Origin: Bacteroidales bacterium
Lineage (GTDB): Bacteria > Bacteroidota > Bacteroidia > Bacteroidales > GCA-2748055
NCBI GenBank assembly: GCA_038316435.1
Contig: JBBQAQ010000015.1
Span: forward strand, 9,384-73,383
Direction of reading: 5' to 3'
DNA: 64,000 nt
Both the position numbers and the translations under genes were made by a program. How positions within the stretch are numbered: position 1 is the stretch's first letter; each line of letters begins with the position of its first letter. Below the pieces are notes generated by a model. It was not told the DNA's origin, made no database searches, and was given only the letters and a program-made list of their open reading frames with translations. Positions 28,723 to 37,582 of this stretch are shown here, in pieces.

Positions 28723-30291
28723 TTATTTTCCTCCTTCTTCTTTAGGTCCGATTTTTATTTGTTTTACCAATATACTAACCTCTGCAATTGCCAAAGCGGT
28801 GAAAACCACAGCAAAAAGCCAGAAAGTAATCTGAACTGCGCTTGCATCGATTTTTGAAACTGCCGCAACGGTTGGCATTAAATCCTGGATTACCCAAGGC
28901 TGTCTTCCTACTTCAGCAACAATCCATCCTGCTTCACTTGCAATATAGGGTAATGGTAAACTTATAAGTGCTAGTTTAAGGAACCATTTTTTATTCGCGA
29001 TAGTATCCCTGTAAACAAAAAGCAGACTCAAAGCAAAAAACAGTACAAAATAAAAACCAAGCATCATCATTACTTTAAAACTATAAAAAGTGAGAGGCAC
29101 ATTAGGAATAAGGCTATTTACGTCATTCAGATAACCGTAGCCAAAATACCGGAAAAATTCCTCTTTGTAAGTTTTATCGTAAAATTTCGCCTTATATGAA
29201 TCGTAGGCTAAAAGATCCTTCGCTTTTTTAGCATCTTTCATGGCCCTTAAATCAGCAATTGCTATTTTCCCCCGTCGTATTTTTTCTTCTGCCGACATTA
29301 TACCATGTTTCTCATTTCCTTTTGTCAGATCAGCAATACCGGGCACAAAAGCCTGCCAATTGCCGTAGGCCATGTAAGATAAGAGATTGGGGATTTCAAG
29401 AATGAAATGATAATCTTTCAGAGTTTCATCATCCAGATTTTCCGATTCACTTGAGAGTATCCCTAAAGCAATTAGCCCTGCACCTCTCTGTCCATGAAAT
29501 AAACCTTCGATAGCGGCAAATTTCATTGGCTGCGTTTTAACGATTTCACGTGTTGTGCTATCGCCGGAGAAAATGAGATAAATTGAAGTGATTAATCCAA
29601 ATATCGAAGCAACAAGTATGCTTCTTTTTGCAAACCATGTTTCTCTCTTTTTGATGAGAAACCATGCGCTGATTCCTATTACAAAGATGGAAGCAAGCAC
29701 ATAACCGGAGCTAATGGTATGAGTAAATTTATTAACCGCAGATGGGGAAAACAATACATCCCAGAAGCTCACCATTTCATTTCTTGCTGTTTCGGGATTG
29801 AACTGCATACCTACCGGATTTTGCATCCAGGCATTTGCAACCAGAATCCACAAAGCGGAAAGATTTGCACCAATAGCAACAAGCCATGTGGAAGTTAAAT
29901 GGAATCGCTTACTTACCTTATTCCATCCAAAAAACATGACCGCGACAAATGTCGATTCGAGGAAAAAAGCCATGATTCCTTCTATCGCCAGAGGTGCTCC
30001 GAAGATATCTCCTACAAACCATGAATAATGCGACCAATTAGTCCCGAATTCAAATTCAAGAATAATGCCAGTAGCAACGCCTATGGCAAAATTAATCCCG
30101 AAAAGGGTCATCCAGAACTTGGTAAGTTTTTTCCAACGCGGATCACCGGTTCTGACATAAATTGACTCCATAATTGCCATCAGAAATGACAATCCAAGAG
30201 TAAGTGGCACAAATAGCCAGTGGTAAATGGCGGTAAGAGCAAATTGCCCTCTCGACCAGTCTACCAGGGATAGATCTACATTTTCAAGCAT
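28723..30291 (-). CDS. cydA: Cytochrome bd ubiquinol oxidase subunit I
   Basis: It shows the CydA pattern (ALTAIYHWLFVPLTLG, a Q-loop, and the GWIVAEVGRQPW periplasmic motif). Confidence 0.95.
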   Translation of the reverse strand: MLENVDLSLVDWSRGQFALTAIYHWLFVPLTLGLSFLMAIMESIYVRTGDPRWKKLTKFWMTLFGINFAIGVATGIILEFEFGTNWSHYSWFVGDIFGAPLAIEGIMAFFLESTFVAVMFFGWNKVSKRFHLTSTWLVAIGANLSALWILVANAWMQNPVGMQFNPETARNEMVSFWDVLFSPSAVNKFTHTISSGYVLASIFVIGISAWFLIKKRETWFAKRSILVASIFGLITSIYLIFSGDSTTREIVKTQPMKFAAIEGLFHGQRGAGLIALGILSSESENLDDETLKDYHFILEIPNLLSYMAYGNWQAFVPGIADLTKGNEKHGIMSAEEKIRRGKIAIADLRAMKDAKKAKDLLAYDSYKAKFYDKTYKEEFFRYFGYGYLNDVNSLIPNVPLTFYSFKVMMMLGFYFVLFFALSLLFVYRDTIANKKWFLKLALISLPLPYIASEAGWIVAEVGRQPWVIQDLMPTVAAVSKIDASAVQITFWLFAVVFTALAIAEVSILVKQIKIGPKEEGGK

Positions 30292-30299
30292 GGTTAGTT

Positions 30300-30518
30300 T
30301 TATTTAGTTAATTGATCTAAGACGTATTCACTTCGTTGTTCATCGGTATCAAAATTTCGTTTTAGCAGATCAGGAAAGAAAAAGATTTTGAGAATAACAA
30401 ACATGATAAAAAGCTTCACAAGGATAATAAGCCATACCTGTCTCCCCCAGCGAGGCATTTCGCGGAAACCTGTGTAATAGAAAATGAAAACCTGTTTTAT
30501 TTTCCGAAACATATACAA
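30300..30518 (-). CDS. DUF4492-like small membrane protein preceding cydA
   Basis: The 72-aa product has one TM helix and lies 8 nt upstream of cydA. This position is typical of Bacteroidota cyd operons. The family call is from memory. Confidence 0.55.
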   Translation of the reverse strand: MYMFRKIKQVFIFYYTGFREMPRWGRQVWLIILVKLFIMFVILKIFFFPDLLKRNFDTDEQRSEYVLDQLTK

Positions 30519-30669
30519 ATATAATAATTTGCTGGTATATTAAAAGTAGTTGGCAGGGATTGAAGATTAACAACCCAACCTGTCATTATCAGGCATTAAG
30601 TAATCATCAGAATTGAAACTGGAGATAATCGCTGGGTTCCCGTGGGTTCTGGACGGGCATTTCAGACTG

Positions 30670-30822
30670 CTAAAACTCCAAATATGTCAATGCAGAAACT
30701 ACTAATTGAATTATCCCTTTATCTGCAATAGTTGCAATCTTAGCAGCAGAATCATAAAATAGTTCACGTTCACCTAGTAAATCGATAACCACATTTGTAT
30801 CAAGAAAGAGTTTGTCTTTCAT
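30670..30822 (-). pseudogene. PIN-domain (VapC-like) toxin remnant, truncated after ~50 codons
   Basis: My own translation gives MKDKLFLDTNVVIDLLGERELFYDSAAKIATIADKGIIQLVVSALTYLEF followed by a stop. The ATG overlaps the antitoxin TGA (ATGA). A full PIN domain would need about 130 aa, and there is not enough space before the DUF4492 gene. Confidence 0.6.
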
Positions 30823-31076
30823 TTGTATTTCTCTGATAAATAATCACCATAAGCTTTTTTATAATCATAATCATCAGGAAGTTTAATACCTGTTCTCATG
30901 CTCTTAACAAAAAATGAAATTTCAATATCTTCATCCGATTGAGGGTTCTCTTTCTCTATCAATGCTTTTAAGTAGGACTCTATCAGGCGAGAAAGACTTC
31001 TTTGATGTGACGTTGCATATTCTTTTGCTTTGTCGATCACATTCTTATCTTATTTTAATGTCAATTTCGCATCCAT
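30819..31076 (-). pseudogene. Antitoxin (DUF6364/RHH-like) with an in-frame TAA at codon 9
   Basis: Reading from the ATG at 31076 gives MDAKLTLK*DKNVIDKAKEYATSHQRSLSRLIESYL.... The TAA lies at 31050-31052. The tracked ORF restarts at the GTG at 31040. Confidence 0.55.
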
Positions 31077-31192
31077 ATTCCATTAATTTATACGTGCAAA
31101 TATAGCTTATTAATCCGTGCAAATAAAGTTTTCCCTCCCTTCAAATTTGCGCATATAAGCAGAATTAAGGATTCTTTTTTAATGAAAACAGT

Positions 31193-31234
31193 GAATATAA
31201 TCACCATATTCATTATAATTTGGTGATTATATTC
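31193..31234 (-). terminator. Perfect 14-bp inverted repeat hairpin downstream of the TonB-domain ORF
   Basis: The sequence is GAATATAATCACCA - 14 nt - TGGTGATTATATTC, located 29 nt beyond the stop at 31263. The following minus-strand sequence is moderately U-rich. Confidence 0.4.
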
Positions 31235-31262
31235 TCTGAGTTTCAACGATCTGCCGGAATGT

Positions 31263-31811
31263 TTATTCCAATAAAAAATTTACCGGATAAGTATATTGCA
31301 CCGAAACTGCCTTACCCCTTTGCTTTCCGGGTGTCCAAAGTGGAGAACCTTCTAAAATGCGTATTGCTTCCTTATCAAATGCTTCTACTGAGGGAACAAC
31401 AACCTTAACATCAGTAACTTTTCCGGTTTCATTTACAGTAAACTGCACAATCGTGCGACCTGTTATCTTGTTTTTCTTTTCAGCTTCTGGATATACTAAA
31501 ATACCGTTGATATACTTACGGAATTCCTGTGAAGGTTCCCCACCGTTGAATTTTGGCATTTCTTCAACAATATTAAACACCTGACCTATTGCAGAATCAC
31601 TAACTGACATCATACTGGACTTACTTATACCATTTTGACTCCGTGGGTTCAACCAAGATCCGGAATCCTTGTAATTGGGTTTTAACCGTTTGAGATTCTT
31701 TGGTTTTATCATGAGTAGTTCCCGTATGACTTGAACTATTAATGGTTTTATTATGTATATCAGTCGTCGGAACCGTTGAAATTTCATTAGTACTAATAAT
31801 AGTAGTGACAT
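31263..31811 (-). CDS. TonB C-terminal domain ORF, probably the detached 3' part of the upstream BlaR1-like gene
   Basis: The C-terminal ~100 aa match the TonB_C pattern (VEEMPKFNGGEPS.FRKYI...YPE.A....ITGR.IVQF.V...G.V.DV.V). The 5' 190 nt overlap the upstream ORF in another frame. Confidence 0.6.
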   Translation of the reverse strand: MSLLLLVLMKFQRFRRLIYIIKPLIVQVIRELLMIKPKNLKRLKPNYKDSGSWLNPRSQNGISKSSMMSVSDSAIGQVFNIVEEMPKFNGGEPSQEFRKYINGILVYPEAEKKNKITGRTIVQFTVNETGKVTDVKVVVPSVEAFDKEAIRILEGSPLWTPGKQRGKAVSVQYTYPVNFLLE

Positions 31812-33324
31812 TTATTACAACCTCTATGCCATCCTGTCTCTCCTTCTTTTGAATATCACTAAGATGTGTTACGCTAATGCCTTTAACACTTCTCGGATCC
31901 AGATTTTGAAACGTCTCTGCGGTTTGTTTTTTACCATCAATAATAATTAGCTTTTTGGCTTCATCGATTGTGGTAAACTCGGGATGATATGTTTGCCTAA
32001 TTCTAACCGAATTGCTGGTTTCCTTATTTTGAATATCATCAACAACAACAGAATTTTGCTCTGTGGCCTTTTTCTTTGTAGTTATAACGTACATGTCTTT
32101 CCCACCGGGCTTTCCAAACCTGTCAAAGCTCTTGATCGAGGCGATGTCGTCCTTATTAATCTCGTCAATATTAGTGTAGTTTGTTTTTACCCCATCAACA
32201 ATAAAAACCGGTGGAATCAGATTTACCACTTCCCTTTCAAGTACAACAAACCGGTATTCTCCGGGTTCAAACCAATGGGATTGGGATTTATATCCTATAT
32301 GTGAAAATACAACTTCTTCCCTCTCTTTCAACTCCAGCAAATATTCCCCTTCCTTTCCCACAACTGCGCCTGTTGTGGCGTTTTTTATCACCAGGGTGGA
32401 GCCAATTGCAGGCTGTCCGGTATCTGCAAATACAACTTTACCACTAATGGAAGTACCGTGCCTGGCTTTACCAACAGCAAAACCCAATGAAATCAAAATT
32501 GCCGGAATAAGTATCCCAACCTTTATGATTCCTGAACGAATGGAATGTGATTTTTTCATCATTTCGAATCTGTTTTTTATAAAAGAATTGTTGAATTGTT
32601 GTGACAGGCTGAAAACCTCCACCCCCATAGTCTGGTTCAGAAGCTGTATGCGGTAATGGGTAGGATCAGCTCCGCCCTGCAAAGCCTCACGATCGGCAAG
32701 GTGTTCGTGGTTTTCCTTCAGCATCCGGGCAAAAAGCCAGGTAAAGGGATTAAACCAGGTAGCAAGGATGACAAACTCCATGATAATAAGATCAATATAA
32801 TGGAGCTGGCGAACATGTGCCTTTTCGTGAAGCAAAATGGAATTGATGTCCTCAGAATTTTTAAGGCTTTCAGGAAGAAAAATCCTCGAGAAAACTGCAA
32901 AAATCTCGTCATTAACCGAATAAGCTACCCCTTTTTCTTTTCGGTCGGCTTTTCTCCAGACATTGTTCCACTTCAAAATCAGAAATATATTACGAAACAG
33001 TAGAATCAAAGCTCCACAGAAGTACAGAGCAAGCATTACGGTTGGCCAGTTTATGGGTGAGGTTTCAGCGATTTCAGGAGCAATAACCGTTTCTGCAGGA
33101 ACAAATTGTAGTTCATCCGTTTCGAATACAGGAGTGCTGTACTCGACAATTTCCGGGCTTTTCAGGGCAAGCAGCGGGATAAGGAATGTGATTATTAGTC
33201 CCCCGAGAAGAAAAAACCGCTTAAGACGGAGAGCAGCATCTTTCCTGAAGAAAAAATAATATGTTATGGCAAATAAAGTTATGCCAAGACATGCCTTCAT
33301 AATATACAAAGTGTAACTATTCAT
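31621..33324 (-). CDS. BlaR1/MecR1-like M56 family membrane metalloprotease sensor with a CarboxypepD_reg-like domain
   Basis: It has N-terminal TM helices and the HExxH motif in LHEKAHVRQLH. The stretch GKVVFADTGQPAIGSTLVIKN..TG is typical of carboxypeptidase-regulatory-like folds. Confidence 0.8.
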   Translation of the reverse strand: MNSYTLYIMKACLGITLFAITYYFFFRKDAALRLKRFFLLGGLIITFLIPLLALKSPEIVEYSTPVFETDELQFVPAETVIAPEIAETSPINWPTVMLALYFCGALILLFRNIFLILKWNNVWRKADRKEKGVAYSVNDEIFAVFSRIFLPESLKNSEDINSILLHEKAHVRQLHYIDLIIMEFVILATWFNPFTWLFARMLKENHEHLADREALQGGADPTHYRIQLLNQTMGVEVFSLSQQFNNSFIKNRFEMMKKSHSIRSGIIKVGILIPAILISLGFAVGKARHGTSISGKVVFADTGQPAIGSTLVIKNATTGAVVGKEGEYLLELKEREEVVFSHIGYKSQSHWFEPGEYRFVVLEREVVNLIPPVFIVDGVKTNYTNIDEINKDDIASIKSFDRFGKPGGKDMYVITTKKKATEQNSVVVDDIQNKETSNSVRIRQTYHPEFTTIDEAKKLIIIDGKKQTAETFQNLDPRSVKGISVTHLSDIQKKERQDGIEVVINVTTIISTNEISTVPTTDIHNKTINSSSHTGTTHDKTKESQTVKTQLQGFRILVEPTESKWYK

Positions 33325-33697
33325 TTTTTAATTTTTTGTTCATTTCCTTTTGTAGCTCGGTAAGCATTTTTTCCAGTTCTTCCATGCTGATGTCATTTTC
33401 CTTTGCGAAAAATGTGGCCATTCCGGAAAACGAACCGTTAAAATAGCTTCCTACAAAATCCTTTAGTTGTGCATTGGAATATTCCTTCTTGCTCACCAGA
33501 GGAAAATAGAGATATGTACTGCCATAAGACTTATGGGATACGAAGTTCTTTTTCTCAAGGACCCGGATAACCGTTGATACTGTAGTATATGGGGTTTGCG
33601 GATCCTCAAGTTGTGAAATAATGTCTCGCACGAGAGCCTCTCCCAGCCTCCAGAGGATAAGCATTATTTCTTCTTCTGCTTTGGTTAGTTTTTTCAT
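33317..33697 (-). CDS. BlaI/MecI/CopY family transcriptional repressor
   Basis: The winged-helix N-terminus is present (LTKAEEEIMLILW..GEALVRDI...L......YTTVSTVIRVLEKK.FV). It overlaps the blaR1-like gene by 8 nt. Confidence 0.85.
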   Translation of the reverse strand: MKKLTKAEEEIMLILWRLGEALVRDIISQLEDPQTPYTTVSTVIRVLEKKNFVSHKSYGSTYLYFPLVSKKEYSNAQLKDFVGSYFNGSFSGMATFFAKENDISMEELEKMLTELQKEMNKKLKNE

Positions 33698-33929
33698 CTT
33701 TATATGGATTTGAGAATTTCATAAATCAAATGTATTACTATTTTTTACGTTTGTCAACTATATTTGCAGTTAGTTTTGAAAATATTTTTTAATATATTAA
33801 CATTCAATGTTTTATACAAATTAAATTAGTAATAAAATAAAACAAAATGCATTAAAAAAATTAACCGCTTCAAAACAGAGCTTCGGGGAACTTACCCCTT
33901 AGACATTAGAATTAATCAAACATTATTGA

Positions 33930-34082
33930 TTAATGCCTCCAAATTTTTGGATTATTAGCAATGTATTTTTGAATGTTATTGAAAGCATTATCATCTTTTA
34001 TAATTCGATCATGAAATCGCTCCTGCCATTCAAAATTTTTCATTCCCATTTTTCGGGCGTGGGTAGTTAAAGCAGATTTAAA
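33930..34082 (-). pseudogene. C-terminal fragment of a RAYT/IS200-like Y1 transposase
   Basis: My own translation gives FKSALTTHARKMGMKNFEWQERFHDRIIKDDNAFNNIQKYIANNPKIWRH followed by a stop. A TAA lies immediately upstream and there is no start codon. The W-Q-x-R-F-H-D-x-I-I and NNP..W pattern is typical of REP-associated transposases. Confidence 0.6.
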
Positions 34083-34284
34083 TTAAACTCATATTTAACA
34101 CGCATTTAATGCTCTGTTTAACAATATTATAATCACATTTTATATCTGCAATTTCCAATTTCCTTCCAAATAAGCCCTTCTATTTAAATTCATTTTAATA
34201 ATGAGCTTGTGTTTGTTATCTTTGGCTTCATTGGAAATCGGCATAATTTTGTATATTTAACCCTAACTAATTGATATCATTGCC

Positions 34285-35055
34285 ATGAAGTATTTAAGTT
34301 TAGTATTTATTGGTTCTTTTCTATTTGCTGGTTCTTTTCTATATTCTCAGACTCCCTTATCCTCTCCCCCTGTAGAAATAGGCTTTTTAGAAAAGCAGGG
34401 ACAATATGTTGCCCTTGATACCCGATTAATAAACGAAAAGGGTGACACTGTTTATCTGCGCGACATTATCAATAAGCCAACAATTTTAAATCTGGTATAT
34501 TATCGTTGCCCGGGCACCTGTAGCCCTCTGATGTGGGGAGTTTCCAAATTCATTGATGAGGTGGATCTTGAAATGGGCAAGGACTATCAGGTTCTTACCA
34601 TAAGCTTCGATCCTACCGAAAGTATCGATCTTGGAATAAAAAAGAAGGCCAATTATGTTAGCAGCCTGAAACATAAAGATCGTGCAGATTTTTGGTATTT
34701 CTTTGTATCGGATAGTGCCAATATTGCTAATTTGTGTGAATCGGTTGGTTTTCATTACAGATGGATCAATACTGCTTATGTTCACCCGACCGGCTTAATA
34801 GCCTTAGCAACTGACGGTAAAATAACCCGCTATCTCAGAGGCATGGAATTTCTTCCCTTTGATATTAAAATTACCATGGTCGAAGCTGCAAATGGAAAGA
34901 TCGGACCAAGCATAAACAGATTATTAGCTATTTGTTATGATCAAAAAGGAAACGATTTTGTTTTTAATGTTTTAAAGGTCTCGGGAATTGTCATTGCATT
35001 TTTTATTATTGTAATATTTCTGATTCTGTTTTTATCAAAGAAAATCAATAAATAA
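34285..35055 (+). CDS. SCO1/SenC family copper chaperone
   Basis: It has a signal/anchor and a thioredoxin-like CxxxC (YYRCPGTCSP). A downstream His is present in HPTGLI, and a C-terminal TM helix follows. It is the first gene of the cox operon. Confidence 0.75.
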   Translation: MKYLSLVFIGSFLFAGSFLYSQTPLSSPPVEIGFLEKQGQYVALDTRLINEKGDTVYLRDIINKPTILNLVYYRCPGTCSPLMWGVSKFIDEVDLEMGKDYQVLTISFDPTESIDLGIKKKANYVSSLKHKDRADFWYFFVSDSANIANLCESVGFHYRWINTAYVHPTGLIALATDGKITRYLRGMEFLPFDIKITMVEAANGKIGPSINRLLAICYDQKGNDFVFNVLKVSGIVIAFFIIVIFLILFLSKKINK

Positions 35056-35067
35056 AAGGGATAAAAT

Positions 35068-36681
35068 ATGAGTGCTCATACCATCACCCCTGAACCCAGT
35101 TATCTGGAATATAAGGGTAAGTACAAAGGGATTTTCGCATGGATTCTTTCCACCGATCACAAAAGAATTGCAATGCTTTACCTTTATTCAATCATGTTAT
35201 TTTTTCTTGTAGGCGCTTCCCTTGGCCTTCTGATGAAATTCGAACTGATAGCTCCGGGTAAAACAATAATGGAGGCACAGACCTATAACGCCTTTTTTAC
35301 TCTTCACGGCATCCTAATGATTTTTGCTGTGGTAATACCAGGACTACCAGCCGTTTTCGGAAACTTTTTGCTCCCGATTATGATTGGAGCCAAGGATGTT
35401 GCCTTACCCCGGCTGAATCTTTTCTCGTGGTATTTGTATGTTGTCGGAATCGTACTGGTTTTAATTTCGCAATTTGCAGGTGCAGGTCCTCCTGATACTG
35501 GCTGGACATTCTACGCTCCCTACAGTTTCCGTACAGCTGGAAATATGCTACCAGCGGTTCTTGGCGCGTTTGTTCTTGGATTTTCATCCATTTTAACTGG
35601 ATTAAATTTTATTGTAACGATTCACCGTATGCGCGCACCGGGAATGGGTTGGTTTAAAATGCCTTTATTCCCATGGACTCTATACGGCACAGCCTGGATA
35701 CAGCTTCTGGCAACTCCGGTTGTAGGCGTTACCCTGCTTATGGTGGTTGCTGAAAGAACCTTAAATATTGGTTTTTTTGACCCAGCTTTAGGTGGCGACC
35801 CGGTTTTATATCAGCATTTGTTCTGGATTTACAGTCACCCTGCGGTTTATATCATGATCCTTCCTGCCATGGGTGCTATTTCTGAAATAATTCCCACTTT
35901 CTCCCGAAAATCAATTTTCGGATACAAATTTATGGTTGCTTCAACCCTTGGGATTGCCTTTGTTGGCTATTTTGTATGGGGGCATCACATGTTTACTTCT
36001 GGTATGAGCAACACAGCAATGTATACTTTCTCCCTTCTAACCTTTCTGGTGGCTATTCCCAGCGCAATTAAAGTTTTTAACTGGGTTTCGACCATGCATA
36101 AAGGTTCAATTGATCTGCAGACACCATTCCTTTGGGCACTTGCATTTATCTTTGTATTTATGGTAGGTGGATTTACCGGACTGGTACTTGGTTCGCTGGC
36201 AGCTGATGTGCATCTTCATAATACTGCATTTGTTGTTGCCCATTTCCATTTTATTGTTTTCGGGGGAACCGGATTTGCCTTTTTCGCCGCAATTCACTAC
36301 TGGTTTCCAAAAATATATGGCAGAATGTATGACACAAAATGGGCAAATACAGGATTGGTAATGTTTTTCATTGGCTTTATTACTTTATATATGCCTATGT
36401 TTTATCTGGGATTTATGGGAATGCCAAGAAGATATTATGATTACGACGAAGTTTTTCACGGTGGAAACATTGTTTCATCAATGGGTTCGTGGGTGCTTAT
36501 AGCCGGATTATCAATTATTATCATTAATCTCTTTCGTTCGGCCAGATCAGGACCAAAAGCACTCGCTGATCCATGGGGAGGCAAAACTCTGGAATGGACA
36601 GTTGCTTCACCTCCCTCTCTGGAAAACTTTGAAGAAATACCCACTGTAACCAAAGGACCTTACGATTATACACAAGATTAA
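35068..36681 (+). CDS. ctaD: Cytochrome c oxidase subunit I (A2-type heme-copper oxidase)
   Basis: It shows 12-TM HCO hallmarks, including the HHMF-type ligands (GHHMFTSG) and HFHFIV. Helix VI reads WIYSHPAVYIMILP, which is the YSHPxVY signature. Confidence 0.95.
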   Translation: MSAHTITPEPSYLEYKGKYKGIFAWILSTDHKRIAMLYLYSIMLFFLVGASLGLLMKFELIAPGKTIMEAQTYNAFFTLHGILMIFAVVIPGLPAVFGNFLLPIMIGAKDVALPRLNLFSWYLYVVGIVLVLISQFAGAGPPDTGWTFYAPYSFRTAGNMLPAVLGAFVLGFSSILTGLNFIVTIHRMRAPGMGWFKMPLFPWTLYGTAWIQLLATPVVGVTLLMVVAERTLNIGFFDPALGGDPVLYQHLFWIYSHPAVYIMILPAMGAISEIIPTFSRKSIFGYKFMVASTLGIAFVGYFVWGHHMFTSGMSNTAMYTFSLLTFLVAIPSAIKVFNWVSTMHKGSIDLQTPFLWALAFIFVFMVGGFTGLVLGSLAADVHLHNTAFVVAHFHFIVFGGTGFAFFAAIHYWFPKIYGRMYDTKWANTGLVMFFIGFITLYMPMFYLGFMGMPRRYYDYDEVFHGGNIVSSMGSWVLIAGLSIIIINLFRSARSGPKALADPWGGKTLEWTVASPPSLENFEEIPTVTKGPYDYTQD

Positions 36682-36683
36682 TT

Positions 36684-37280
36684 ATGGACACACATAGAGA
36701 TGATGTAGGCTCTAAAATCGGGATGTGGCTTTTCCTCCTGACAGAGATGCTCCTGTTTGGAGGATTATTCATTGTATATTCCGTTTATCGTTTCAGAAAT
36801 CCCGAAGCCTTTCATCTGGCTGCTGAGGAACTGAATGTTTTTGTTGGGACATTGAACACTGCCATTTTGCTAATCAGCAGCGCAACCGTTGCAATGTCGA
36901 TAACTGCAATTCAGCTAAAAAACAAAAAACTTTCACTCGTTTTACTTGGCATTACAATTGCACTAGGTCTGGTTTTTCTGGTAAATAAATACTTTGAATG
37001 GGGAATAAAAATTGAGCATCATATTTATCCCGGCTCAGAAATCCTTGCACTTCGCGGACATGGGGATGTGCTATTCTTTGGATTATATTATTTCATGACG
37101 GGGCTTCATGCCTTGCATATTATTGCGGGCTTGATTTTTATCGGATTTGTTTTCGTTCGCATTTATAAAAACAAAATCGATTCCGGTAATTTCGCTCTTC
37201 TTGAAAACTCGGGGTTATACTGGCATCTGGTAGATCTGATCTGGATATTCCTGTTCCCCCTATTCTACTTAATCACATAA
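36684..37280 (+). CDS. ctaE: Cytochrome c oxidase subunit III (short form)
   Basis: The 198-aa protein has about 5 TM helices. Subunit III motifs are present (GMWLFLLTEMLLFGGLF, YWHLVDLIWIFLFPLFY). Confidence 0.85.
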   Translation: MDTHRDDVGSKIGMWLFLLTEMLLFGGLFIVYSVYRFRNPEAFHLAAEELNVFVGTLNTAILLISSATVAMSITAIQLKNKKLSLVLLGITIALGLVFLVNKYFEWGIKIEHHIYPGSEILALRGHGDVLFFGLYYFMTGLHALHIIAGLIFIGFVFVRIYKNKIDSGNFALLENSGLYWHLVDLIWIFLFPLFYLIT

Positions 37281-37291
37281 TTTTCGTCCCG

Positions 37292-37576
37292 ATGGAAAAT
37301 GAAAAACATCATATTGTTCCGTACATAACCTATTTGCTAGTCCTAGCATTTTTGCTCGCACTAACAGCGATTTCTGTTGCAGTTACCCAGATCAACCTTG
37401 GAGCCCTGACAATAACAATAGCTCTGTTCATAGCCTGCGTGAAATCGACTTTGGTTCTTAGTATTTTCATGCACCTACGATCCGACAATAAAATGTACTC
37501 TTTCATGGCCATTGGTGTTATTCTGCTTATTGGGGTGCTTATATTTATTACCTTTTTAGACTACCTTTTTAGATAA
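37292..37576 (+). CDS. Cytochrome c oxidase subunit IV family small membrane protein
   Basis: The 94-aa protein has 3 TM helices and the motif VLSIFMHL. Its position after subunit III fits the assignment. Confidence 0.7.
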   Translation: MENEKHHIVPYITYLLVLAFLLALTAISVAVTQINLGALTITIALFIACVKSTLVLSIFMHLRSDNKMYSFMAIGVILLIGVLIFITFLDYLFR

Positions 37577-37582
37577 GAAATT

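Noticed and set aside
31984-33259. Series of plus-strand ORFs (31984-32304, 32211-32447, 32375-32656, 32656-33003, 32963-33259) opposite the BlaR1-like gene.
   Set aside because: They are shadow ORFs in an AT-rich gene. The minus-strand product carries the HExxH and TM architecture.
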